A stretch of DNA of 64,000 bases from Actinomycetes bacterium (GTDB lineage Bacteria > Actinomycetota > Acidimicrobiia > Acidimicrobiales > Palsa-688), in contig JAJZIY010000012.1 of the NCBI GenBank assembly GCA_021828475.1, forward strand, positions 1,010 to 65,009, given 5' to 3'. The position numbers and the translations under genes were made by a program. The notes under the pieces are model-generated. The model was given only the letters and a program-made list of their open reading frames with translations. It had not been told where the DNA came from and made no database searches. This document shows positions 48,758 through 57,344 of this stretch, piece by piece. Position 1 is the first letter of the stretch. Every line of letters starts with the position of its first letter.

Positions 48758-49072
48758 TCAGCGGCCCTTGCGCCCCTTCTTCTTGGATTTCGCACCCGAG
48801 GGCTTCCCACTCCCGCCCCGCCCTCCCGGATTGGCCGGTCGCGGCCGCGGTGGCGGAAGGGCAGCCAGGCCCCAGGCAGTGTTCGACATGGGCCGATCGG
48901 CCTCTTTGGCCCAACCGGCGGTCGACAGGGGACTGGGTTCGAAGAACAGGCATTCCTCGGGGCAGCTGAAGGGGAGCTCCGCTGCTGCGCCAAGCCGGCA
49001 GCGCTGCATGCTCTCGCCACCGTGCGTCGTGCGGCGCAGGTAGTGCCGGCATTCTTCGCGGACGAACGTCAC
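48758..49072 (-). CDS. small Cys4 protein with a Pro/Gly/Lys-rich basic tail (104 aa; start uncertain)
   Basis: Starts at GTG 49072: (M)TFVREECRHYLRRTTHGGESMQRCRLGAAAELPFSCPEECLFFEPS...KPSGAKSKKKGRKGR. Cys spacing is C-x16-C-x11-C-x3-C. Confidence 0.55.
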   Translation of the reverse strand: MTFVREECRHYLRRTTHGGESMQRCRLGAAAELPFSCPEECLFFEPSPLSTAGWAKEADRPMSNTAWGLAALPPPRPRPANPGGRGGSGKPSGAKSKKKGRKGR

Positions 49073-49094
49073 CAGGGCCGAGCGCCCGTGAGCG

Positions 49095-50318
49095 TCACTG
49101 GTCGCCGTCGCGGTCCGGACGTGAGCGCCGGCTGCGCCAGCCGAGCACCTCCAGCGCCAGCCACGTCGCCAGCGGCAAGGTGAACGACAGGGTGAGTAGC
49201 ACCGGCTCGGCCAGGTCCCCCTTCGGCGGCGCCAGCTCCACCTGATCGGCCACCAGCCTGAACGGTGCAGCAAGCGAAAGGTGGCCGCCGAGCGCCGCCA
49301 CACCGGTGACCTGGATGTTGTGGCGCCCAGGCGAGGTGTGCGGCAGGACCACTGACGTCTTGAAGTCCCCGCCCGGCCCGGCCAGGGCGGTCCCGAGCAG
49401 GAGGGGCCGCGGAGTGTCGAGGAGTATCTGGACGTGGGTCCCGGCCCGGAAGCCGGTGCCACTCAGATGGACCTGGGCGCCGGCCCTGGCCTGCGAGGGC
49501 GCCCGGACGGCGGGCGTCGCCACCATTGCCGGAGGTGATGCCACCCGGCTCGCCCGCGGAGCCGTCGATGTGGTCGACGTCGATGTGGTCGACGTCGTCG
49601 ATGTGGACGTGGTCGATGTGGACGTGGTCGACGAGGCCGGACCAGGACGAGCCGCCTTCTTCGTCGAGGTCGTGCTCTCGGCGGCCGGACCGGGCGCCGG
49701 GTGCGTAGTGCTCGACATGAACCCCGGAAGGGTGCCCGTGCCGGCAACCCCGCTAGTGGTGGTCGTGGCCGGCAGCGTCGTCGAGGTGGAGGTCGAGCTG
49801 CTGGTAGTGGTGGGCAGCGTCCCCGGGACAGTACCGGGCGGCGGGTACGACGGCACGCTCGAGCTGGTCGTCGACGTGCCGGGCACGGTCGTGGTCGTCG
49901 TGGTGGAAGTAGGCGCCGTGGTCGTCGTCGTGGGCCGGGTCGTAGTGGTCACCGGGACGGTGGTGGTGGTCGCCGGGGTCGTCGTGGTGGTCGCCGGGGT
50001 CGTCGTGGTGGTGGTGCTGGTGGACGGCACGCTGGACGAGGTCGTGCCAGCACTCGGGACCGTTGTGGTCGTGGTCGTCGGCAAGCCGTTTGTGGTGGTG
50101 GTCGTGCGGGGCAGTCCGACAGCGTAGGAGCCTGAGGTCGACGTGCTCCCCTGGGCCGCGAAAGGCACGACGCCGGCGGCACCGGCCGGGGCGATGCCCG
50201 TGACGAAATCGACCGCCGCAACCGAGAACAGCAGGACGCCGGTAGCTGTCCAGGCACGACCGACCCTCAACTGGGACTTCGCGAGCCTGCTGCCCGCTGC
50301 GTTCCGAGGTGAGGACAT
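49095..50318 (-). CDS. secreted, membrane-anchored Thr/Ser-rich (mucin-like) protein with an Ig-like domain
   Basis: Signal/TM segment WTATGVLLFSVAAVDFVTGIAPAGAAG, about 230 aa of poly-Thr/Ser, the domain QVHLSGTGFRAGTHVQILLDT...GRHNIQVTG, and a C-terminal TM segment LLTLSFTLPLATWLALEVLGW. Confidence 0.7.
   Translation of the reverse strand: MSSPRNAAGSRLAKSQLRVGRAWTATGVLLFSVAAVDFVTGIAPAGAAGVVPFAAQGSTSTSGSYAVGLPRTTTTTNGLPTTTTTTVPSAGTTSSSVPSTSTTTTTTPATTTTTPATTTTVPVTTTTRPTTTTTAPTSTTTTTTVPGTSTTSSSVPSYPPPGTVPGTLPTTTSSSTSTSTTLPATTTTSGVAGTGTLPGFMSSTTHPAPGPAAESTTSTKKAARPGPASSTTSTSTTSTSTTSTTSTSTTSTAPRASRVASPPAMVATPAVRAPSQARAGAQVHLSGTGFRAGTHVQILLDTPRPLLLGTALAGPGGDFKTSVVLPHTSPGRHNIQVTGVAALGGHLSLAAPFRLVADQVELAPPKGDLAEPVLLTLSFTLPLATWLALEVLGWRSRRSRPDRDGDQ
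49564..49632. repeat. coding tandem repeats: GTCGATGTGGTCGAC x2, then GTCGATGTGGACGTG x2
   Basis: Read directly in the sequence. They encode the STTSTSTTSTSTTSTTSTSTTST tract of the Thr-rich protein on the minus strand. Confidence 0.9.
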
Positions 50319-50875
50319 CCGGGCACCAACTTCTGTTCGGGGGGGGTCGGCAATATCCCGGCCCGCCGGCCGAAAGAGATCATAGCGCCTCGGGCCGGCC
50401 TCCTACCACCCTCACTACCTGGTCTTACACCCTACCAGGGACCGGCCGGCAAGCTGCGCGGGCCTCCACTAGCAGCAGGCCCCAGGCCCCCTCGGGCATC
50501 CCTGCGCCGGTTGGACGCCGCCTGGTGGGGACCCTGCAGATGCCAAGCGGAAGCTGACATGAGAGGGCCTCGTCTACGTGTAAAGATTGGCCTTGATCTA
50601 ATGCCCGAACGAAGGGGAGGGGCACTGATTACCGCAACACCACATCCTGCGGCCATGGCTGCGCTCTGCGGGCCTGGCAGCGTCGGGGCCCATCGGAGAA
50701 GGCCCTTGTGCGGTGCCGACGGCATGGCCCGCGCCGTGACCTGCCCTGCAGCGCAGGGTAGGCTCCTCGTCGCGCCAGCAAGGCGTGCCGGGGGAGAGGT
50801 TGGGGCCAAGAGGACTGACGCGGCGCAACGCCGGCTAGACGGCGCGCCCCGGCACTGTCGGTCCAGGAGGGGCTA

Positions 50876-51862
50876 ATGCGCTATATCGCTCGCCGGTTGT
50901 TCTTCTATGCCGTCGCAGCGTTCGTGGCCTTGACTGTGAACTTCTTCATTCCCAGGGCGATCCCGGGCAACGCCGTCGAAGCGATCATGTCCAAGTACCC
51001 GAACCTGCAGCCCGGAGCCGAAAAGGCGCTCGAGGCGATGCTGGGGGTCGGTCACCCCGGCTCAATATGGCACCAGTACTGGCAATACCTCGGTGACGTC
51101 GTCCACTTCAACTTCGGCACCGACCTGATACAGTTCCCCGCCAAGGTATCGACCATCCTGGCCGCTGCCCTGCCCTGGACGATCGTGCTGGTGGGGGTGT
51201 CCACCGTGATCGCGTTCTTCCTGGGCACGGCGCTCGGCATCCTGGCCGGGTGGCGCAACGGTGGCTGGTCGGACAACTCGCTCGCCCCGCTGATGTTCCT
51301 GCAGTCTCTGCCCTACTTCTTCCTGGCCCTCGTGCTGATCGACGTGTTCGCCATCAAGCTGGGATGGCTGCCCGCCGGCCAGGGGTTCGACGGGTCCGTG
51401 ACCACGCCGGGCTGGTCGCTGTCGTTCATATCCAACGCGGCCCAGCACGCCATCCTCCCGGCGCTGACGATCGTCGTCACCAACGTTGCCGGATGGATGC
51501 TCACCATGCGCAACGTGATGATCACCACCGTCAGCGAGGACTACGTACTGGCCGCCCAGGCCAAGGGCCTGGCCAACCGGCGTGTTGTCATCACCTATGC
51601 CGCCCGTAACGCCATCCTCCCCCAGTTGTCCGGCTTCGCGAACGCACTCGGCTTCGTGGTGAGCGGGGCCATCGTCATGGAGATCGTCTTCGCCTACCCG
51701 GGCATCGGCCAGTGGCTGATCAATGCCGTCTCCTCCAACGACTACCCGCTCATGCAGGCGATCTTCCTGGTGATCACCTTCGCTGTCCTCCTGGCCAACC
51801 TCCTGGTCGACCTGGTGTACATCGCCGTCGACCCCCGAGCCAGGACGAGGTCGACACGATGA
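50876..51862 (+). CDS. ABC transporter permease (DppB/OppB-like)
   Basis: Starts MRYIARRLFFYAVAAFVALTVNFFIPRAIPGN. AGGAGG lies 5 nt before the ATG. 328 aa, about 6 TM segments. Confidence 0.9.
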   Translation: MRYIARRLFFYAVAAFVALTVNFFIPRAIPGNAVEAIMSKYPNLQPGAEKALEAMLGVGHPGSIWHQYWQYLGDVVHFNFGTDLIQFPAKVSTILAAALPWTIVLVGVSTVIAFFLGTALGILAGWRNGGWSDNSLAPLMFLQSLPYFFLALVLIDVFAIKLGWLPAGQGFDGSVTTPGWSLSFISNAAQHAILPALTIVVTNVAGWMLTMRNVMITTVSEDYVLAAQAKGLANRRVVITYAARNAILPQLSGFANALGFVVSGAIVMEIVFAYPGIGQWLINAVSSNDYPLMQAIFLVITFAVLLANLLVDLVYIAVDPRARTRSTR

Positions 51863-52911
51863 GCGTCGTGATGCCCGCCGCCACCGAGCCGACGGCCACT
51901 GCGGGCAAGGTCGCCAGACGGGGCTACTGGAAGCGGCTCCCGCTGAAAGCCAAGGTCGGAGCCGCGATCCTGGCCTTCTTCATCCTGGTCGCCATAATCG
52001 GGCCGTCGATAGCCCCCTTCAACCCCTCGTACCAGAACCCGTCGCTGAACGCCTCGCTGGAGGGGCCCAACGCGGTTCACCTGCTGGGCACGACGCAGAG
52101 CGGTCAGGACGTCTTCTCACAGCTCCTCAGCGGGATCCGCCTGACCATGGTGCTCGCGCTCATCGTGGGGGCGGCCGCATCGTTCCTGTCGGTCGTCGTC
52201 GGCGTCACGGCGGCGTTCCTCGGCGGCCTCTGGGACGAGGTCCTCTCCCTCTTCACCAACGTCGTGCTGGTGCTGCCATCGTTGCCCCTGCTGGTCGTCT
52301 TCCTCGGCTACCTGCCCCAGAGCGGGCAGACCCCCACGATCGTCGTGCTCAGCGCGCTCAGCTGGCCCTGGGGCGCGCGCGTCATCAGGGCGCAGACGCT
52401 GGCGATCCGCAACCGCGATTTCGTGGCCGCTTCCCGGGAGACAGGAGAGCGCAGTTGGAGGGTGGTCATGTTCGACATCGTCCCCAACGAGATCAGCCTC
52501 ATAGCGGCCAACTTCGTCAACACCGTCCTGTACGCCATAGGGGCGTCGGTGGCTCTGGCTTTCATCGGGGTCGCCGACCTCAACAGCTGGAGCCTTGGGA
52601 CGATGCTCTACTGGGCTCAGAGCCAGGACGCCCTGCACCTGGGCGCCTGGTGGTGGTTCGTGCCTCCCGGCCTGGCCGTCGCCCTGATGGGGACCGGCCT
52701 GGGGCTGCTCAACTTCGGCATAGACGAGCTCGGCAACCCCCGCTTGCGCGATGCGTCGACAGCGCGGCGCTTCGGCCTGCGCTGGCGTCCGGGCGAGCCG
52801 ACCCCCGTGGCCACCGGGCCGAGAGCAGGTCGCCGGTTGCCCGACCGGGCCCCGGCGGCCATGCGCTCGGCTGCCCCAATGCCGCCGGCCGTGGAAGAAG
52901 GGGCACGATGA
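51859..52911 (+). CDS. ABC transporter permease (DppC/OppC-like) with a ~50-aa C-terminal extension
   Basis: ATG 51859 overlaps the upstream stop (ATGA). Contains GAAILAFFILVAIIGPSIAPFNP and GIDELGNPRLR. Confidence 0.9.
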   Translation: MSVVMPAATEPTATAGKVARRGYWKRLPLKAKVGAAILAFFILVAIIGPSIAPFNPSYQNPSLNASLEGPNAVHLLGTTQSGQDVFSQLLSGIRLTMVLALIVGAAASFLSVVVGVTAAFLGGLWDEVLSLFTNVVLVLPSLPLLVVFLGYLPQSGQTPTIVVLSALSWPWGARVIRAQTLAIRNRDFVAASRETGERSWRVVMFDIVPNEISLIAANFVNTVLYAIGASVALAFIGVADLNSWSLGTMLYWAQSQDALHLGAWWWFVPPGLAVALMGTGLGLLNFGIDELGNPRLRDASTARRFGLRWRPGEPTPVATGPRAGRRLPDRAPAAMRSAAPMPPAVEEGAR

Positions 52912-54215
52912 CCACAACCCAGAGCCCTGGGCAGGGCCCCGCCGGTGCCGGCGCGGACAGCGCGTGGTCCCGAAATCCCTCTGCCGCAGAGCCCGTACTC
53001 GACATCAGGGACTTCTCCGTCGTCTACCGCACTCCCGGGGGTGACGTGAAGGCGGTGGAGAGCGTCAACCTCTCGTTGCGCCCGGGCGAGGTCGTCGGGC
53101 TCGCCGGCGAGAGCGGGTCGGGCAAGTCGACTCTCGCCTACGGGGCGTGCCGGCTGTTGCGCGCACCGGCGTTGATCACGAGCGGGAGCGTCATCTACCG
53201 GGGCCGGCGCATGCCTCAGGCCGTCGACGTGGTGTCACAGCGGCCCGAGCAGCTTCGCCAGCTCAGGTGGCGCGAGATCGCCATCGTGTTCCAGAGCGCG
53301 ATGAACGCCCTCAACCCCGTGCTGTCGGTGAAGGCCCAGCTCGTCGACGTGATCCGCGCCCACATGGCCGTCAGCCGCTCCCAGGCCGTCGACAAGGCGG
53401 CGGAGCTGCTCGACTTCGTCTCCATCCCCAGGTCGCGCCTACGCAGCTACCCCCACGAGCTCTCGGGAGGGATGCGCCAGCGGGTAATGATCGCCATGGC
53501 CCTTGCGACCGACCCCGAGATGGTCATCATGGACGAGCCCACCACCGCACTGGACGTCGTAGTCCAGCGCGACATCCTCGCCCAGGTCGTCGAGCTCAAG
53601 CAGAGGCTCGGCTTCGCAGTGCTCTTCATCACCCACGACCTCTCCCTCCTGCTGGAGCTGGCCGACCGCGTTGCGGTGATGTACGCGGGGCGCCTGATCG
53701 AGGTGGCCACCGGTCACCAGATCCACCACGAGCCGGCGCATCCCTACACCAAGGGCCTGCTCAATTCGTTCCCGTCCCTTCGCGGCCACAAGCGCGAGCT
53801 GCGGGGCATTCCCGGCATTCCACCGGACCTGCGGGCGCTGCCGCCGGGTTGCCCGTTCCTGCCCAGGTGCGGGTACGGCACCGAAAGTTGCCTGGAGGTC
53901 GAGATGAAGCTCGTACCCGTCGCCACGTCCGAGGATCCCAACCACGTGACGGCGTGCCCCTTCGTCGTACCGGAGACCCCGGCTCCTGCACATGACGTGG
54001 GGCGCGACGTGGCCGGTGCCGCCCCGCAGGGCTCCTTGCCTGCGGGCACAGGTCCCGGTGCCGACGGCGGTGCCGGTGCCGATGGCGGCGCGAGTCGCAG
54101 CGACGGAGCATCTGCTGGCGTGGCCGGGGCATCACCCGGCCCCGGGCGGGTCGTGCAGGAGCGGGACGCTGGGACCAAGGTCGACGGCGCCACGTCGGGT
54201 GGTGAGCGACTGTGA
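52908..54215 (+). CDS. ABC transporter ATP-binding protein (DppD/OppD-like) with a Gly/Ala-rich C-terminal tail
   Basis: ATGA overlap with the upstream gene. Walker [10 protein letters not shown], signature LSGGMRQR, Walker [12 protein letters not shown]. The oligopeptide C-terminal motif is followed by ~75 aa of low-complexity sequence. Confidence 0.9.
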   Translation: MTTTQSPGQGPAGAGADSAWSRNPSAAEPVLDIRDFSVVYRTPGGDVKAVESVNLSLRPGEVVGLAGESGSGKSTLAYGACRLLRAPALITSGSVIYRGRRMPQAVDVVSQRPEQLRQLRWREIAIVFQSAMNALNPVLSVKAQLVDVIRAHMAVSRSQAVDKAAELLDFVSIPRSRLRSYPHELSGGMRQRVMIAMALATDPEMVIMDEPTTALDVVVQRDILAQVVELKQRLGFAVLFITHDLSLLLELADRVAVMYAGRLIEVATGHQIHHEPAHPYTKGLLNSFPSLRGHKRELRGIPGIPPDLRALPPGCPFLPRCGYGTESCLEVEMKLVPVATSEDPNHVTACPFVVPETPAPAHDVGRDVAGAAPQGSLPAGTGPGADGGAGADGGASRSDGASAGVAGASPGPGRVVQERDAGTKVDGATSGGERL

Positions 54216-55297
54216 GCGCCGGTACCGCCACCGGTTTCTGGCCCGCCGAGCCGGGAGACATCCAGTCGCCGGCTTCGGACCGGGGCGAGCTGGCCATGGA
54301 AGCCATAGCGCTGCGCAAGGAGTTCAAGATCGGCAGGCGCCAGAGCCTCACGGCGGCACGTGACGTGAGCTTCAACCTCTACCGCGGGGCTGTGATCGCT
54401 CTCGTGGGCGAGAGCGGGTCGGGCAAGTCCACCGTCGCGCGTCTCCTGGCCGGCCAGGAGACCCTGACCTCTGGCCGGGTCACCCTCGACGGCAAACCCG
54501 TCGACCTGGCCAGCCGTGGGCACTTCCGCGCTTACAAGAGCCAGGTGCAGCTCGTATTCCAGGACCCCTTCTCGTCGCTCAATCCCGTCCACACGGTGCG
54601 CTACCACCTGGCACGGCCGGTCCGCCTGCACCAGCACAAGACCTCGTCAGCCGATGTCGAGGCCGAGCTCGGCTCACTCATGGAACAAGTCCGCCTGACA
54701 CCGGCAGACCAGTTCCTGGCCAAGTACCCGCACGAGCTGTCGGGGGGCCAGCGCCAGCGCGTTTCCTTTGCCAGGGCACTTGCCGCCCACCCGAGCGTCC
54801 TGCTTGCTGACGAGCCGGTCTCGATGCTCGACGTCTCGATCCGCCTGGAGATGCTCAACCTCCTGGACGAGTTACGCAACAACTTCAAGCTGGCTCTGTT
54901 GTACATAACCCACGACATTGCCTCGGCGCGCTATTTCGCCGACGAGGTCCTGGTGATGTACGCCGGCGAGATAGTCGAGCGTGGCTCGGCCGAGCAGGTT
55001 ACCCAGCAACCCGCCCATCCCTACACGCAGTTGCTGGTGTCCTCGGCGCCGGATCCTGACAATTTGGGCAGTATCTTGAAAACCGGTGGCAAAAGAGGCG
55101 CCAACAACGCCGAAACGCCGGGTCGTATAGTCTCTGCATGCCCGTTCCACCCACGCTGCCCGTTCGCGGAGCAAAAGTGCCGCGACGAGCGACCGCCGCT
55201 GATGAGGGTGAGTGCCACCCGGGGGGCTGCCTGCTGGCGGCTCGACGTGGCCGCACCCGACGTAGTGGCGGCCGGCGCCGGGCCTGACGGGCATTGA
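54212..55297 (+). CDS. ABC transporter ATP-binding protein (DppF/OppF-like)
   Basis: GTGA overlap with the upstream gene. Contains [17 protein letters not shown] and LLADEPVSMLD. Confidence 0.9.
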   Translation: MSAGTATGFWPAEPGDIQSPASDRGELAMEAIALRKEFKIGRRQSLTAARDVSFNLYRGAVIALVGESGSGKSTVARLLAGQETLTSGRVTLDGKPVDLASRGHFRAYKSQVQLVFQDPFSSLNPVHTVRYHLARPVRLHQHKTSSADVEAELGSLMEQVRLTPADQFLAKYPHELSGGQRQRVSFARALAAHPSVLLADEPVSMLDVSIRLEMLNLLDELRNNFKLALLYITHDIASARYFADEVLVMYAGEIVERGSAEQVTQQPAHPYTQLLVSSAPDPDNLGSILKTGGKRGANNAETPGRIVSACPFHPRCPFAEQKCRDERPPLMRVSATRGAACWRLDVAAPDVVAAGAGPDGH

Positions 55298-55349
55298 CAG
55301 GGTAGGGGGCGCGCATCCGCGCTCAAAAGGGGCCATTTCCTCAGGAGGG

Positions 55350-57059
55350 TTGACAACCTTGAACCACAAACTATCCACCAATCGGAAGATGCTCGCCATC
55401 GCCATGTCCGGCTGCATGACCGCCGGCCTGGTTGGCGTGACCGCGTCGGCTTCGTACGCCACGCCCAGAACGCACGCCGCGGCCACTTCCGAGCTGATCA
55501 TGGAGTCCTCGCCGGAGAACTCCATCACGCAGAACTTCAACCCCTACGTGCCCACGGCCGCACCCCAGGGCATGGGTGCGACCGGCCTAATCTACGAGCC
55601 GCTGATCATGTTCGACCTGGCCGCGCCGCCCAAGTACTACCCGTGGTTGGCGACCTCGTTCAAGTGGTCCAACGGCGGCAAGACGATCACCTTCACGATC
55701 CGCAATGGAGTGAAGTGGAGCGACGGGCAGGCTTTCAGCCCTGCTGACGTGGCCTTCACCTTCAACATGATGAAGAAGTACACGGCCGTCAACCTGGCGG
55801 GCCTCGAGATCGGCGCCGTCAAGACCGCAGGCGACACGGTGTCCGTCAGCTTCCCGACGCCCCAGTACGCCAACCTGCAGAACATCGCCGGCATCGGCGT
55901 GATGCCCGAGCACATCTGGTCGAAAGTGGGCAACCCGGCCACGTTCACCGACCCCAACCCGGTCGGCACCGGCCCCTACATGCTGGGCAACTTCACCCCG
56001 GAGGGCTTCACGCTGGTGAAGAACCCCAACTACTGGCAGAAGAGCCTCATGCCCAAGATCGACAAGGTCTACTTCCCGGTCTACACCTCGAACACCGGCG
56101 CCCTGGACGCCCTCTACTCGAACAAGATCGACTGGACGGGCAACTTCATCCCCGGCCTGCAGAAGGACTTCGTCGACACCAACAAGGCCTTCCACCACTA
56201 CTGGGAGGCTCCGGGCAGCAGCAATGCCTTCGACATGAACCTGCACGAGTGGCCGACCAACCAGCTAGCCGTTCGCCAGGCCGTGAGCGCGGCGCTCAAC
56301 CGGACCGTGCTGGCAGACGAGGGTGAAGCGGGGCTGGAAGACCCGGTGCTGAACGCCACCGGCCTCACCCTTCCCACCTTCGCGGCGTGGAGCGGTCCTA
56401 TCAAGAACATGACGAACTCGCCGACGTCCCAGCCGGCCAAGGCCAAGGCGATCCTGGAGAAGGCCGGCTACACGCTGAAGGGTGGCTTCTTCTACAAGAA
56501 CGGCAAAGAGGTCACGATCAGCCTGATCAGCCCGTCGTCGTACACCGACTACGCCGAGGTCGGCTCGATCGCCGCCCAGGAGCTTCGGGCGGTCGGCATC
56601 AACGCCAGCTTCACGGGCACCACGGTCAACGCCTGGAACGCGGACTTCGCTGCAGGCAACTTCCAGATGGCCGAGCACTGGTCGAACAACGGGCTGACCC
56701 CGTACAACCTGTACGACAACTGGCTGGCCAGCAACCTGGTCAGCGGCAAGAACGCCACCGGTGACTACGAGCGCCTGAGCAACCCGTCCATCAATGCCGA
56801 CCTGGCCAAGATGGCTGCGGCACCGACTCTGGCCGCCCAGATCGCCGCCCTAACGCCTGTGGCCAAGTTCGTCGCGAACCAGTTGCCCATCGTCCCCATC
56901 ACAACCGCCTCGGAGTGGTTCGAGTACAACTCCGACCATTTCGTGGGTTGGCCGACGCAGAGCAACCCCTACGAGACGGGCCAGCCCTCCGGCACCAACA
57001 ACGGCCCGGGAGCGGGGACCGACCTGTACGTGATCCTGCACCTGAGCCCGAGGGGCTAG
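55350..57059 (+). CDS. ABC transporter substrate-binding protein, family 5 (peptide/nickel)
   Basis: 569 aa. The N-terminal signal has a possible lipobox, AMSGC. TTG 55359, 10 nt after AGGAGG, is an alternative start. Confidence 0.9.
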   Translation: MTTLNHKLSTNRKMLAIAMSGCMTAGLVGVTASASYATPRTHAAATSELIMESSPENSITQNFNPYVPTAAPQGMGATGLIYEPLIMFDLAAPPKYYPWLATSFKWSNGGKTITFTIRNGVKWSDGQAFSPADVAFTFNMMKKYTAVNLAGLEIGAVKTAGDTVSVSFPTPQYANLQNIAGIGVMPEHIWSKVGNPATFTDPNPVGTGPYMLGNFTPEGFTLVKNPNYWQKSLMPKIDKVYFPVYTSNTGALDALYSNKIDWTGNFIPGLQKDFVDTNKAFHHYWEAPGSSNAFDMNLHEWPTNQLAVRQAVSAALNRTVLADEGEAGLEDPVLNATGLTLPTFAAWSGPIKNMTNSPTSQPAKAKAILEKAGYTLKGGFFYKNGKEVTISLISPSSYTDYAEVGSIAAQELRAVGINASFTGTTVNAWNADFAAGNFQMAEHWSNNGLTPYNLYDNWLASNLVSGKNATGDYERLSNPSINADLAKMAAAPTLAAQIAALTPVAKFVANQLPIVPITTASEWFEYNSDHFVGWPTQSNPYETGQPSGTNNGPGAGTDLYVILHLSPRG

Positions 57060-57136
57060 CGCTCGGACAGCTCCCTCCTTCCCCGGTCCTGGCTCACGCC
57101 CGGAGGCTCAGTCCACCGGCGTGAGATCAGGCTCGT

Positions 57137-57170
57137 CGACAACCCCCCGGCGCGCGCCGGGGGGTTGTCG
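57137..57170. terminator. perfect 34-nt palindrome (17-bp arms) CGACAACCCCCCGGCGC|GCGCCGGGGGGTTGTCG between the convergent SBP and UPF0182 genes
   Basis: Read directly in the sequence. Confidence 0.55.
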
Positions 57171-57344
57171 CATCCCGCGACCATGTACGAGACGGGCGAA
57201 AGCCGGGTACAGACAGCGGCCCCGGAGGGGGCACGGACTTCGAAGCCGGGCTGCAGCTGTGCCCACGCGGGTGACGCCAGGAGCTCGCCGCCCGTCTTCC
57301 CCCGGCCAGAAGGCGCTGGGGGAGCTGGGCCGGGAGCAGCGTGC

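Noticed and set aside
49520-50110. Short tandem and near-tandem repeats that might suggest a CRISPR array or a VNTR locus
   Set aside because: The units are 15-24 nt with no unique spacers, and they lie entirely within a coding poly-Thr tract. They are coding low-complexity repeats, not CRISPR.
49306-50127. 273-aa plus-strand ORF with poly-Val tracts (VVVVVV...)
   Set aside because: It is the antisense reading of ACC/ACG Thr-codon runs in the minus-strand mucin-like gene. That gene has a signal peptide, a folded domain and a TM anchor.
50485-50535. ZTP (pfl)-like CGCCGCCUGGUGGGG element
   Set aside because: It resembles the 3' CCGCCUGGGC box only partly. There is no GGGUCGUGACUGGCG 5' sub-domain, and it lies 350 nt from a transporter operon unrelated to folate or purine genes.
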